Assembly (NCBI GenBank): GCA_030390025.1 | Contig: CM059431.1 | Coordinates: forward strand, 23,808,001 to 23,872,000 | Origin: Squalus acanthias | Lineage: Eukaryota | DNA: 64,000 nucleotides | Direction of reading: 5' to 3' | Shown here: piece by piece, positions 23,981 to 37,977 of the stretch | How positions within the stretch are numbered: position 1 is the first letter of the stretch | Layout of the letters: the number at the start of each line of letters is the position of its first letter | Notes under the pieces: generated by a model | What the model saw: the letters and a program-made list of their open reading frames with translations, nothing else | Databases searched by the model: none | Told to the model about the DNA's origin: nothing | Program-made: the position numbers and the translations under genes

Positions 23981-26900
23981 CCGATAAATGACTACATTTG
24001 GCTGAAGTGATATTTAGCTAAAGACCAACACTTTTTTTAATTTTGTTTTTTGGATTTTTATGCACATCTAATTGATTGATATCAGTATTAGGAAGTGATT
24101 TAAAAAAAAAAAAAAATCTTTTGGCAGCCAGTGTCAGCATCAAGTTTTCCTAACATATAGTTCAATGGTACAAATGCAGACTGAAGTTCCTTCTACTCTG
24201 AGTGAGAAGATTTTGCAGTAGTATTTACTAGTTGTTTTCTAATTTGTTTGTGGAATGTGTGTGACTCTAGCGTAGCCATACTTACTGCCCCGTCCTTGGT
24301 TGCCCTGAGAAGGTGGTGGTGAGCTGCTTTATTGAACTGCTGCAATCCTTCTGGTGATGGTACTTCCACAATAATACAGGCAACTTCAGGAATCTTCCTG
24401 GTCTTTATGCCTCAGTTACTCACTGGATGATTTGGTGAAGGTGTTTTGTCAAATTATGATTGCATTGTGGGCCCCAACACAACTGTTAAATTCATTGGCT
24501 TTCCTGCTTGTCCAATGTTGTAAGAAATTCAGGAGGTTTGCATTAATTTTCATAAAGTCAGTTAGTCGAATGTTTACCTGCAGTGCCTATTCTTCAGTAC
24601 TGCCAATTATTTGCAGATATTTTACCTGGAGGAGAAGCATGTGGCATTGTTAGCACCTCCTAATAATCACACACCATCCAAAGGTGGATATTGGCACAAG
24701 GGTGTCACTTTGGAAAAGTTAATTACTTCCAAAGGGAGCAGATTGGAATCTACATTACCTTTCATATGGAATATCCATCAAATCTCCTCCCCAGTTGGAT
24801 AATTAAATTTGGCAGACAATCTAGGTTCCACTGTACAGTATCCAACATTTGCAGCCACTTTGCTATTGTCAAACCAGTCACTGTTACTGCACAGTCACAC
24901 TCTTTCAGATCTGATGCACTTCTGCAAGTAAGTGGTTGAACCTCTAAAGGGAGATAGGATGCCAGATGATGCATCTGTAGCCTTTTGCAACTAGCATCAC
25001 CGTGCAATGCACCACATTATTTTAGATCAGCTTGCTATGTGCCTGCATTACAGGCATTCTGTTAGACCATATCGACTGTGACTATATACTTGTGAAGATT
25101 GTGGTACCTGGAGGTTCAGCATGTTTCTTTCCACTGGCCAAGACGAGTAGACTTGTGTTGAGCTTGTCACATGGCCTGAGCTTCAGTGTAAATGGCAGGT
25201 GTTACAAAGATGACAGAATTGTATTAAACAAGCCAGGGACTTTATGACCAATTTTAAACTGGAACAGCAGCAGGAATTGGCTTAGCAAAGTAGTACATTC
25301 TGTACTATTTGGCAGTGACCATCCTAAAAAATGGGCTGTTCCATTACTACATGGTTAGGAGTCCACACAAGATAGCATTTGATTCATGAATAATAGACAA
25401 AGATTTCCACATTCAATACTTGCCATCAACTGTATCCTACTATTTACCTCACCCCAAGTGCACGATCCTTTTAAGACTAGGGCCCTTGTAACTTGGAGAT
25501 TTTCAAACTTACAAAATGGTGAAAACTTTATTGTGACTTTTGATACAAATATGAATAAGACTTGCAGCTAAATGTTCAGAAGACATTATGACCAGCAGGT
25601 CCTGCCAAAAGTGTTTTTTATTAAGTCATTTTTTAAATATTTGGACATTTGGGAAGTGATTTGGTGTGAAGGTTTAATGAAATTTTAGTGGTATCAGCAA
25701 AAGCATCAGTTTTCTTCAGTGTGTTTACCTACTTTAAAGTTTGCATATTTAATTTTTTTGGCTGGAGGAAACAATTGGTGAAAATCATTTGGAAGCCATA
25801 TTGGTCCAAGTTGTGAGATGTTTATGTTGGGTCTACCTTCGTATAATATCGATTAATGTATGACTAATTTGGCATTATTGGGTTGGTGCAACTGGTCTGT
25901 TTTGGAAAGTTTAATGTATGGCTGTTTATTTAATTCGGTACATTTGTACAGAATACAGAATGTAATTTTTTTTGGTTAGTAATTTTGTTCTCCCTTTAGG
26001 GATATTTTTACTTTCTGTGAATGCTCAGAAATTCGGTACTTAAGCAAAAGATTTTACTCATCTAGTGATTGATTTGTAAAATCTATCCTTGTCTGTCTTT
26101 TACAAAGCTAAAAGAGTAAATCTCAATTCTATTTTTGCTCCAGTGGCATTATCGTCACCCAAACCGTGCCAAGAAGTTGTCTTTTTATTGAGAAATAGAG
26201 TGATGAATGAGGAAAAAGCAGAACAGGAAATCTGTGGCGGGATGTGGTTGGCCTATACAGCCTGTCATTTTAACTTGATGTGCATAACGGCAAGGCAAGT
26301 AGTACAGGAGGAGAATTATTTATGGGAAAAAATGTTTAACCTGCAAGGTTAAACTGGTTGCTGAAAATTTACATTTTCAATTGATTTATGCTTCAACTTT
26401 GAATTACATTTTTTCCCCGGCACCTTCTTGCAAGCGCCGCCTCATTCACACACTTTGGTATTCGAGCTGTCATTTACAAAGTACTGTATCTGGCTGTCGT
26501 ATTACTGGCAGTGATACTGACATTGACAGCTGCAGTAGGGTTTGATGCATCTTTTGATTACCAAGTAGGTAATCAAATATCTTTTGTGGGGCGAACTAGC
26601 TAACTTTCTGCACCTTTATTTCCCCTCTAACCCATGTCGAGTGTCATTTAACACTCAATGCTGCTCTTCATGATGGAAGATATGATCAGATTTGTCTTGA
26701 CTTTGGTGAAAGTGTCCTGTTTTTGAGTGCTTAAGCATGCAGACATGAAATCTGATTGTTTGCACATAAAAGAAAAAGACCAACACAAATGTAAAAGTAG
26801 GCTTATTGTTGTAGCGCAAGCATTGTGTTGAAAGCTGGCACTTAGTTTTATCCTGGTCAAGGTGCAGTGCAATTCACTAATTAATTAATTATTAATTAAT

Positions 26901-27224
26901 ATTTGGAATAATAAGTAATACAGAACAAACCCCATCTTAGAGACTGATATGTTAACGTTCTACAGTAGATCTTGTAGGACTAGTCATAGTGAGATGTTAA
27001 ACCGGCTTTTAGCAGAGCAGAAGATCAGAATCTCAAAATATACATTTCAGTTTCATCACATCATCTAAGTGTGGAGGCACAGTGACCACAATAGGTGGAA
27101 TGAAGGTAGACTCCTATTGGTTGTCAGTTCAGAATGTAACTTGCTGCTTTTAAACACTGCTCTGTGCCTTCTAAGCTATGGCCTGATTTTTGTCTACTGG
27201 TGTGATGGTTAAGAACTGGCATAT

Positions 27225-27335
27225 GAGGCAAAGGCGGGTATATGGAGTTAGGTCACAGATCAGCCATGATCTCATTGAATTTGCGGAACAGGCTCGAGGG
27301 GAATAAATGGCCTACTCCTGTTCCTATGTTCCTAT
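27225..27335 (+). mobile_element. CR1 3' tail fragment (similar tails at about 34288-34410 on - and 35170-35344 on +)
   Basis: AGATCAGCCATGATCTCATTGAAT..GGCTCGAGGGG..AATGGCCTACTCCTGTTCCTATGTTCCTATG. Confidence 0.75.
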
Positions 27336-30300
27336 GGCATTCATCTCACCAGAATGGTAAAGTGTTCATCGCACTCAAATTTACTTGGTTGCATAATGAA
27401 TGGTTCACCGATCTGGGTGCCGATTTGGGCAAGTATAGGAAAAACACCAGTGGTAGGAGTGGAAACTTGTGTGTAAGTGAAATTTAAATGGACAGGGTCA
27501 GGGGATTAAGAAGTTACACAAGAAAATGAAAGGGAAAGAAAACCCTCATGTGCAGGCATGTGTCTGCAAGTGAATGACGGAGCAATCCAGCACTTGAAAC
27601 TCTGGTTGATGGATGCTGATTTTGAGGTGATGCTGCACGAGATGCTTGCAAAAAGGGTCACCCACCCTCTGTGCCACTCCACAGCAACATTCCCATAAGT
27701 TCCCATTGCAGCATGCCAGGAAAGTGTTGGAGGCAGACTTGCGACTAGAGGACCAGTATACTGTCACTGGCTGTGCCAGCCCTATGGTGCATGTCAGCAG
27801 CAGGTATACTCACTAACCTGGACTCTGAAGGCAGTTTCCCACAGTTAGATGTGATGGGTAGATGTTACAATGACTGCAAATATGGTCGATGGCCTCTTTA
27901 TCAGGCTTTGTGAGCTGATGATCACCCTGGCATCCTGCTTTCATGCAGTAACAAATCGGTCAGTCAGACCTTCACATGTATCTGTGCATTCTCGTGTGCT
28001 GTCACAGCCTACCTACAAAGTTGGAGCCTCTGCATGCACTAATCGTCTGCCAAAACAAGGTATGGTCACCTCTGTTTGCAGATGTCCGAAGGTACGCACA
28101 GAGCACCTCTTAGGCATCCTGATTTGTCTTTCAGTGGTCCTGCTTTTCTTGCAAGCAACTGACATGAGGGATTTCCATTAGGAAACCCATTAATGACAGT
28201 AATGGTGTTGGGTGCAGGAAAAGAAATTCAAAACAATTGGCACAAAGGCTCATGAGAATCTAAGTGCCAACAAAAAAGGAAACTAAAATTAGGACAGTAA
28301 TGGCTTAAAAACTGCTGAATGAATCTTCTTTTTGCCCTTTAAACTTAGCTTTGTGTACTGCTCAGTACCTAGCAACACTGGACCCAGATTTGTTTGGGTG
28401 TCTTTTGGAAGTAGCATGAGTCAATCTTAACAGTCAGAAAAATATGCAGCATGTAACAGCACTCCCATTCCAGTACAAGCTTCCTCGGCCTACACCCCTG
28501 CCCACCAGAGATGCGTGTCATACACAAAAGGGGTAAAGATGTAGTATTATGGGTCTCCATCTGCTTTTTCTGTTCCGTAACACTTAGTGAACTGCCATGA
28601 AGGACAGGAAAATCAGTCCCTTAAACTCTGCATCTGGACTGTACATTTTTGATGGCTAATTTGTCTAATAAGATAATATACTGGTTAAAGATATGTTTCT
28701 ATAGCCGGGTATTGTACTATTTAGGTCTTGGGTAGAATGGTTAGCGTGCACCCTGGTCCAACCACAGATGGGTTTGGTAAATTCCTAGGGCAAAACATTT
28801 CCATGAGGAACTCGTTTCCTTCTCACTAGCAATACAATCCTTTGTTTCTCTATCTGTTGTAAACCACAAGCCTCCTGCTGCTCATAGATCAAACCTAGCA
28901 CGTTGTTAACTGTTTGACCTGTTGAGGTTTCCTGTAAAATGTGCTTTCCAGTCTATAGAGGTTTCCTTGGAACTGAGACCACACCAGAGTAGCTATTACT
29001 GTCCATTTTTATTGTAGAAAGTCTGTATGGAGGAGTTTAAATCTGTATTGAAATGCAGGTTGCTTAGTATTTTCTTCCTTTTCAAACTGTTTTAAGTAAG
29101 ATGCTTGTAAGTTGCTGTGATCGCCTTCAATCGCTTTCACACGTTGATGGTCAGGAATTACTTCTAAGCCTTGTAGGTGAATCTTTCATCAGCTGCTTTC
29201 ATCAGAAAACAGTGGTAGGATGGTCATAATTTCTAATGTGGGGATAGATCTGGAGTTCTGCTTGATTTACTTTTGGAGACTAAAGAATATTTATGCAGCA
29301 TTTTCCTTTGGGTAGAGTCCATTATAAGGTAGATTGTGGATGGCCAATTCCAGTTCTGTGCTTCTTACATTCTTTGTGGATTGATGAGTTGGTTTGAGCA
29401 TTATTGGAATGAACAGAATTGAAGTAACGGTGGAGTAAATGTGGAACTATAATCACCATGAGTATAATTTACTTTGTAGTTCATTGCTTTTCCAAAAATC
29501 GGCACAAGCCAGAGGTTTGAATAATTTCAAAAGCCACAAATTGTGAGAAAGAAAATAAATTCACGAAGACAAAGGAGTAATGAGAACTGGCCCTGTACAT
29601 AACCCCTATAGTATCAGAACACTCCCTATTATGGTGTATGGGAGGCGCTTGTAGAGTGCTAGTAAATTAAATGATTCTGTTGTACAGCAAGAATTGGTGT
29701 GAGGAGATGATTGTAGTGCAAGAGATCAGTGGAAAAAAGAAACGGCACTGTGCAGAAAGATAACCAAATGGAGGATAGTCAGAGCGATGCTGAAATAGAG
29801 CAGTTGTTAAAGATATATTTGTGGAGGAGAGTGAAAGCAATAAATGCATCAGTGAGCGACTACAAGCAAGAGAAAAAAGCAAATAAATAAGAGGGATAGA
29901 GGTGAAAAAAATTCTGCCCAGAAAGTATGTTTGTTTGTGTGCATTTGCGTTACATTGCATTTGTTGCTGATGGAAGACTGTTACAAATTTCAGTTTGAGG
30001 CGTTGGCTGAATTCATTTCATTTAAAAACAACACACACACACACACACACCTTTACTGATCGTAAATTAATGGGTGGAGGATAACCCAGATTTGCAAAGT
30101 CTAGGGTGTGGTCCTGATTCATTTAATGATCTGTTGTGGTGGCTTAGTGGGTAGATGAGCTGCACAGATCACAACCTCAGTACAGGGTGTGGCCCCGATT
30201 CATGAATAAGAAGGAACTTCACTTTTTTTAAATTAAAACTGTAGCCACATAATGGCCCAAATCTGCAACCTCAGTGTGAAGTGTGATCCTGAAGAAAATA

Positions 30301-30766
30301 AATATCTGCAGCAGTAGCTAAGAGCTATGACCATCCACCCAATGTAACCTCTTTTGTATTGTTCACCAGTTACTTCTTGAATTATAAGTGGTTGTGGTTT
30401 TACAGCCAGACCAGGTTATTACAGAAGACCATGTGATCTGAATCTAGTGTAATGCTCCTAGTATGAAGTAACACACACACACACGATTGTCTTGGTGATC
30501 AGAGATTTGCGGTAATGGATTGGCGTATGTGGTATGATTGCTGGGTAGCTGCTGCATTCAGTACCCCTGAATGCCTCTTACAGTTTGTTTATTTTAAAGA
30601 TTCAAAATTTGTAATCGGCCCAACTCTCTCATATTGTATTGTCACCTGTAGCTGTCCATTTTTTGGTACCACAAACCATACTTCAATACTGTAAATAATC
30701 ACCAACACCTCTCTTTAATCATTGAAAACTCTAAGTAAAGACATGGAATGTAAGGCCACAATTACA

Positions 30767-31187
30767 GGTGTGATAGCGTAGTGATTGTTACTGGACAAAT
30801 AATCCATTTGACCGTGAGTAACTAATCACCAACCCCTCCCTTTTAATCATCCATTTGAATGTGAGTTCAAATCCCACCATGCAGTGTGAGAATTTTAATT
30901 CAGTTTTAAAAAAAAAAACCTGGAAATATAAAGCTGGCATCAATAAAAGTGACCATGAAGCTGTCGGATTGTTGTAAAAACCCAACTGGTTCACTGATGT
31001 CCTTTACAGAAGGAAACCTGCCAGTTGGGCCAATTTGTGTCTCCAGATACAACACTAACGCAGTTGACCCTTAACCACCCTCTGAAGTGGCTTAGCAAGC
31101 CACTCAGTTGTACCATAATCGCTACCAGCGGTTCACCCCCATGGAAGTGGGTGTCGCTGGCAAGGCTGGCATTTATTGCCCATCCCT
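30767..31187 (+). mobile_element. tRNA-derived SINE of a second family, with an inverted 3' tail
   Basis: The B box is GAGTTCAAATCCC and the body reads GTGACCATGAAGCTGTCGGATTGTTGTAAAAACCCAACTGGTTCACT. The segment 31141-31187 matches the LINE tail at 47272-47320. Confidence 0.65.
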
Positions 31188-31439
31188 GCTGGGTGTGAGT
31201 GTACAACACAAAATGACCCAGAATTTAGCCCAAGTCAGTCTCTCCGGCAATAAGGACGGTCACTATAGCAAGTGAAAATAGTCACACTATGGATGCTTAT
31301 AGAATAGGGCTAAGGATCTTTATTGGGGCAGAGTGGCGGAAATCTAACCAGGTTACATGTGACCTGGAATCTTAACATTAACATTGAGATCTCAAAATGA
31401 AGTCATTGTTCCACTCCCTAACATATTCAGGCGTACATT

Positions 31440-32050
31440 ACGGTGTCCCAACCCAGTCATGCCCCTGGTGTGGTCTCCATCTTTGCTTGCTCAAGTGCAA
31501 GAAGTGCAAACATGAGCGTATCTGGCACGCAATTGTTTTAGCTATCCATCATCACCATATCTGGGTTGACCACATCAAGAGCTGTTGAGCCTCACTCCCT
31601 TCTACTAAAACTGCCCTCTACTTCAGGATCATCCTTGAGAGCAAAGATAACGTCTTTTCCCCCACTGCCAACTATCTCCTTTAAAGCTTCTTCCACCCTT
31701 GCCTCCAACAAGAAGCTCACGGACTTCTTTTTCATTAAGATTGAGATCATCTGTTAAGCTGCCGCTATTATTTCACCCCCCCCCCCCCACCACCACCCCT
31801 TGCTACCATTTCCCACCAAGTTTAGGCTTCCCCTGCCCTAGCATTGAAACCATGTTTCCCTCTAGAATCTCTCCCATCTCCAAATTCCTTTTCTGGCCCC
31901 CATGCTAGTTGACATTTTAAATCGTTTCCATCTCCTCAAATACTTTCCCCCTCCCTTTTCAAAACTGCTATCATCTAACCCCTCCTCCAAAAAAACACCC
32001 TTGACCCTTCTGTCCTTACAAACAGCCACCCCATCTCCAGTCTCCTTTTC
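31440..32050 (+). mobile_element. Decayed L2-like LINE ORF2 fragment
   Basis: Remnants such as DFFFIKIEII and LLKKTPLDPSVL.N.RPIS (CCCCATCTCCAGTCTCC) in C-rich sequence. Confidence 0.6.
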
Positions 32051-35000
32051 CTTCTTATTGTTGCCTTATTACAGCACAAGATAGAGGCTTGCACTGGACT
32101 GAATACACTCTCTCCTACTCGCTGCAGTGTAATAATGATGCCCAAAGGTCTAGAAATGGTTTCAGTATATCTAGAAAGAGGCAGATGTTGCCCATCATTT
32201 TTACATCCTTTGCCTTGGAAGTAAAATCTCTGGAAATTGGCTCTCTTTTTTTGACCTGATTCCTATGCAAAAGATTAATGACTAATTAACAGTAGTTTCT
32301 CATTAAAACCTGCTTTTTTTAGTTGTGTGGTTTATTAAGTCAACCTAGTTTTTTTTTCAAAACAAAAGTTCTTTCTCTGAGTGCAAACCTTGTGCATCAT
32401 AATGAACAGGTTACGAAAATACTCTTTTTTTTTAAAGGATTTTTCTGTCACTTGCGTATTTACTTTTAACCAGCTAGCTCTGATAGGTCAGGCTCCAAGT
32501 AAAACTCCAGGCTTCAGGCAACTTGTATTTAAAGCTCAGAACAATCCTCAGATATTTACTTCCCAGCATTATTTCACTTTTAAAGTTCTACACCGCGGAA
32601 ACCAAAAGTTTTTCAAAGGAACATTTTTACACTCTTCAGATGGCAGCCATTAGCAGCTTATGGAGAGCCTGTTTGTATTTGCCAACTCATGGCGTTGGGA
32701 AGCGAGGTGCTGGCTGTCGCACTGCTCTGAACTATAGAATTATGAAGAATTTGTGCTCTGTGAAAGAATGCGTTGGCGTGTTCATGTATTAAATACATAT
32801 GTTGGAAGCTGGACAAAATAATGAACGGGAAACCCTTGTTTGTGTGGTGTTAGCTGAATTACAGATTAACTTGACAGTGATTCTAATTTTTGTAGATAAT
32901 TGCCACATCTATCTGTCAGTGTCTCTCGGAGAAGTAAAGAAGGGGCTAAGAGTTTATTTATGTCCTTTAGGAGCATAGGTACAGGAGTAGAACGTTTAGC
33001 TGTTGAGGTTGCTTAACGTTAACCATGGCAGCTTTCTTCTAAATACAGTACTTTTTCCTCGTATCCCTGATACCTGTACTTCCTGCTTGCCTATCTCCCT
33101 TTTAAACACACCAATTGATTTTGCTTCTATGGCCCTCTGCGGCGATATGTTTCACATTCTCGCAACCCTTTGTGTGAAGTCGCTCCTGGATTTGGTTTAG
33201 CTCAAATTCTAAGAATAATCCTAAAATTAAGGGAGGAATTACTTCCAGATTTTATCCTATTTGTGTGGCTGTGGCTTTATACTGGTTTGGCATTGAAAAT
33301 TTCCAAAAGTATCTACTCTCAGTATAGACATTACCTAAACCTGCAGAAATCATTTCATGACATTGATGCGATTTATGTTCCTTCACTCTTACCTTTCACT
33401 AATGACATTTGCATGTTAGGCCCATCTGTGATGCCAAGACCCGTGTGGTTAAAAGCCAAGAATAAAAGTTGCTGTCTTAAACCTTATTGCTGAATTTTAT
33501 ATTTGGCCTCAAGGTAAATAGGCGTGTATGAGGGATGCTTATTTTGTTAACTATTTGTGAGCTGCAAATATAGATGTGGGTGTTCACTACTTATTTTGAC
33601 TTTTGTCTTCCATCAAAATGTCAGGTTGCAGAATAACAAAATTATAAATGAATAACATTTGGGAGTCTGTATTTTTTTTTAAATCGCTTGGGTGATTAGT
33701 ATTTGCTACATTTTACAAATGGGTTACGTTTACATGGTTCCAAATCTGGTTCTCTGATTGCATTCAGAGCAGTGACTAAGTTACATGTATGTGATTATAT
33801 GCTTTCTCTGCGCATTTTGTGCTCCTCAGAGTTGAGAAATGCCGGCGCTGGGGGAAGCTGGAATATTGTTTTTTCTGCTTTGCATCTAATAATGGCACCA
33901 AGCTTGAATAACTTAAATTAAATGTAGTGTAGCCGTCTTCTTGCATAACCCTAACAGTGGACTTCAACCTGAATATCTTAAGACCACCCACTAAGACGCC
34001 AGTATAACATTACCATTTCCCATGTCACCCATTCGTTTGGTGTCTGAGTCAAACCCAATCAGTGCTGTGTTTCAGATAATTTATGAAACTCCCATTAACC
34101 CAAACCCATCATGTCCATCAACCAACATTCTGCTACCTGTCTCCTCCTTCCTGATATTTGTAAACCGTTAAATACCAAGCTTTAAGGGGCCAAACCATGG
34201 AAATCTGAATGCTTCAAATAAAGTATAGAAATTCTGTAAGATATAAGAAATGGGAATAGTCTCAATCGCTTGTTACTTAAATTTAAAATCATAGATAGAA
34301 TGATACAGCACAGAAGGAGGCCATTCGGCTCATCGTGCCTGTGCCGGCTCTTTGAAAGAGCTGTCCCAATTAGTCCCACTTCCCTGCTCTTTCTCCATAG
34401 CCCTGCAAATGTATAACATTTTCTCAATACGGGGTCCAGTTGATGGTTAGTACCCAGGGCAGACTGTGACATACACACGTTATCCATTTCTACCTTACAC
34501 TGATATTCATTCAAACTACGTTTGGCAGTTTCTAGTGTGCATGGCTACACAGCAGACTTGGACAGACGGGGCCATGATGATAACTAGTGTGGGGAATGGA
34601 AAAAGTTTATGCTGGTACATTAGGAAATGTGTTCTGAAGTAGGAATAAGGAAAGATGTTAGGAGAGATTAGAGGGGCCTACACATTGCATTAGACTGCAC
34701 TGTAACTGACTTGGGAATGCTTGACATGGACACTGGCCAGGATTTCCCATCCTCCCACCTCTGATTTTTCAGCAGAACTGGGGCTGGCGGGGACAGAAGC
34801 ATGAAATGCTCAGGGACACGCTCTGTCGTATCCTGCAATTTTAACAGCCTTTCAGTTTCCCACTAGAAGTGACAGGTGATGGGCAATGCATCTGCCCATA
34901 TATGGGCAGTGACACTAACGGTATTCAAATTATGACAATATGTCACCTGATGTATATTCAGTTATCTGCACCATAGCAGTTCTGGATGCCAGGGACCCCT

Positions 35001-37454
35001 TAGCATCCAGTATTGTTACAGTGATGGAGGGGGGAATTTAAAGTGCGGAAAACCTGTGCAGTCAGTCGCAGGGTGGTCAATTGCATAGGGGTTGGCGTAA
35101 TTTTTTAAGTTTTCATTCTTTACCAATTTGGCAGTTGAAGATTTAAAATGCTGTCGGTGTTAGTTATGTGGATGCTCAGTCGTTGAGTATATTCAAGGCG
35201 GAGAGCGATAGATTTTTGGACTCTAGGGGAATCAGGGCAGGAAAATGGTGTTGAGGCCAAAGATCAGCCATGATCCTATTGAATGGCGGAGCAGGCTAGA
35301 GGGGCCGAATGGCCTACTCCTGCTCCTATTTCTTATGTTCTTAAGTGGAGGAGGCCAACGGTGCACTTCATGTAAAAATGTATCCATGCTCCTTTTTATT
35401 TATGTAATTTTTTTCTCCAGAAGACACTGCTGCATGAAACTGCTTCTGTTGACCACTCACTCAACATTTAGAGCCCTAACAATTCCCCCCCCCCCCCCGT
35501 TAGTTTGTAGTGGCTACAGGTGAAAGCTAATGTGGGGAACCTCTAATACTGTACGTTTATAAATTATAGCAGGAAACAACCAACTGTATGGGATATGTGG
35601 GGATTTAAAAAGGCGAGTGTGCAATTGGTCTTCGAGCAACTGTTTCCCTTGGTATATTTTAAGTGCATCTCTTGCTATGAATGAAGAAGTTTAAGTAAAG
35701 AAACTTGTTGAGCTTAGACCAAATGGATGTTACTGTATTGAATCAAAATTACTTCTTTCCCAGATACTTTCAGTTGCTAATTTGTGTTCTTGAACAGAAA
35801 ATATTTGTTTAGAAGTGTTACACATGTTTTGTGCGTAGGCCAGAATTCGAGGTTTATCCAGCAGTCATCTGAAGTGCATTTTAATAAGATTGATTTATTG
35901 CATCCATCGTAGGAGGCAGGATGGGAAACACTTTCAGATGTGTTGCAACACATGTCTCTCGTTAAATCCCACAGTATCTGTTTTTACGAATCTACTCAAA
36001 GCAGTTTGCAGCTATCTTTAGACGGGTTTGTTGTTGTAAGACTTTGTGATGTATTGTTATGTTGTAAATCTCTTTCCATTAAATTAAAGCACCCCATGCA
36101 CAGCAGAGCAGTAAAAATTGTTACATTTTCACGGTGCTGATAATATTCCCATTTGTTACAGGTCCAATGATGACACAATCTGGTCTTGTCAGTGCATTGT
36201 TTTGTGGACTAGTAACGCACTGTTTCAAAGACAGTTTAAAAAGTGGGTTCATGCTTATTATTGATTTCTGATCTTGTCTGCCTGATCAAGAGGAGGAGGC
36301 AAGCAAAAGCTATAAGTTTTTCCTACAGGTTTGCAAGTACTTCTGGCTGTTTCTTCATTATGTTCTAACTTAAAGTTGTCAAATAACATTGGTAGAGGCT
36401 GGGAATTGGGCTGCACAATATAAGGGGAATTCTGTTGCATGCAAGTTAGAAATTAGAAGGACTTGGGAAGAAAATAGTAACTGAACTAGGCTTCCGCCAT
36501 ACTTTAAAAAAAAATTACAGTGGTTCAGCGTTTATTCACATAAGAATTTTCTTTTAAAAAAAAAACCAATGTGCTTGTATTGCATTTTTGTTTAATTTAC
36601 CTCTACAGTTCCTTAGTGAACGCTGTGCCATGATATAATAACTGTTAGCTTGGAATTACTTGGAAAGGTTTTATCTCCCTTCTGTAGCTAGCTGCCTGGT
36701 TTAGCTATTTGCACTGTTTATTAATACAAATTCTCCGTGTCATGAAACACGAAAGGAAGGTAGATTGGATTCAGACTTTCATTTCAATCATCTGTTTTAC
36801 AAAAATATTTATTGTAATGGGCTTATATTTCAAAATTAAACTTTCCATACCAAAATTAACTGTGTCATTGTTCACACTGATGCGGGGATACAGTAGAAGT
36901 GTATGAAAGATGTGGTGAAAGGCAGAGAAGTAGGTTAGGTGGATATTGGTAAGAGGTTTTTTTTTCATTGGTTTTCATTGTCAATTTTTTGTCTGATCAC
37001 GCTCCTGTGAAGCGCCTTGGGACGTTTTGCTACGTTAAAGGCGCTATATAAATACAAGTTGTTGTTGGTTCCTGGGAAATTTGAACCAATTCAAAAAAAA
37101 AAAATGACTTCTTTTGTGCGGCAGACACTTCTAAAGTGTGACACATGCTTTACGCAAGACTTTAATTGTGCAAAATGAAGCATCAGGAGTTCTGCTGGAC
37201 AAGGTGTTTTATTGAACCGTTAATCCAAAAGTTGTTGTACAGAAAGTCTACGTTACTGACATTTCCGGTTTCCTCCTTCGTGTAACCAACAGCCCACAAC
37301 AGGTAATAGAAATTAGCACAAGGATAACTGGTGTGTTCAGTTAACATATTTCTGTGTGACTTCAGGTTAATGATAAATGTGTGTATTTTGAGGGTGGAAA
37401 TCCTTGTGGTTTTGCTATTTCTGCTTTTCATTACCAATTTCTAGAATTGAGGTA

Positions 37455-37977
37455 CAGGAAACTCTTTGGTATCCGGCACCGGCGTGGTGCCGGTTGATCA
37501 AAAGTTCCGGATAACGGAGAGTTATATCTACCGAGGCTATTTTTAACAAACAAAAATAAAAAAATCAAGAAATGTGCAGTATACAGTATTTGGGTACTCA
37601 CCTACAGAATGTTGTGTTAAATGGATGGTGGAAGATGCTTGATTAAGTACAGTACTGCCAGTTGAGGGTAATCCATAACTCTTTAATTACTTAACAGTAA
37701 AACAAAACTTACACACAGTAAAATGGCCGATCAGAAGAGACTCCCGGCAGCGCGGGAGAATCAGACTCCTGTTACTGCAGTGTTCGGACTTCCGACAGCG
37801 CCAGGAGGCCGAGTAGTGGCACTTTGGAGAACTACCCCCACTGACTAACTCGGCGTTCGCGGGAGACTCGGACTCGGCAACATTGCCGGTTATTTGAGAG
37901 GAGTTTTCGGAGGATGATTTTTGCCGGTTAAGAGAGAATTCTGGATATTTAGGTGCCGGTTAAACAAGAGTTTCCTG
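37455..37977 (-). mobile_element. Tc1/mariner (pogo/Tigger-like) MITE, copy 2
   Basis: TA|CAGGAAACTCTT...AAGAGTTTCCTG|TA. It is the inverted homologue of 23054-23466 with about 190 bp of extra AT-rich interior. Confidence 0.9.
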
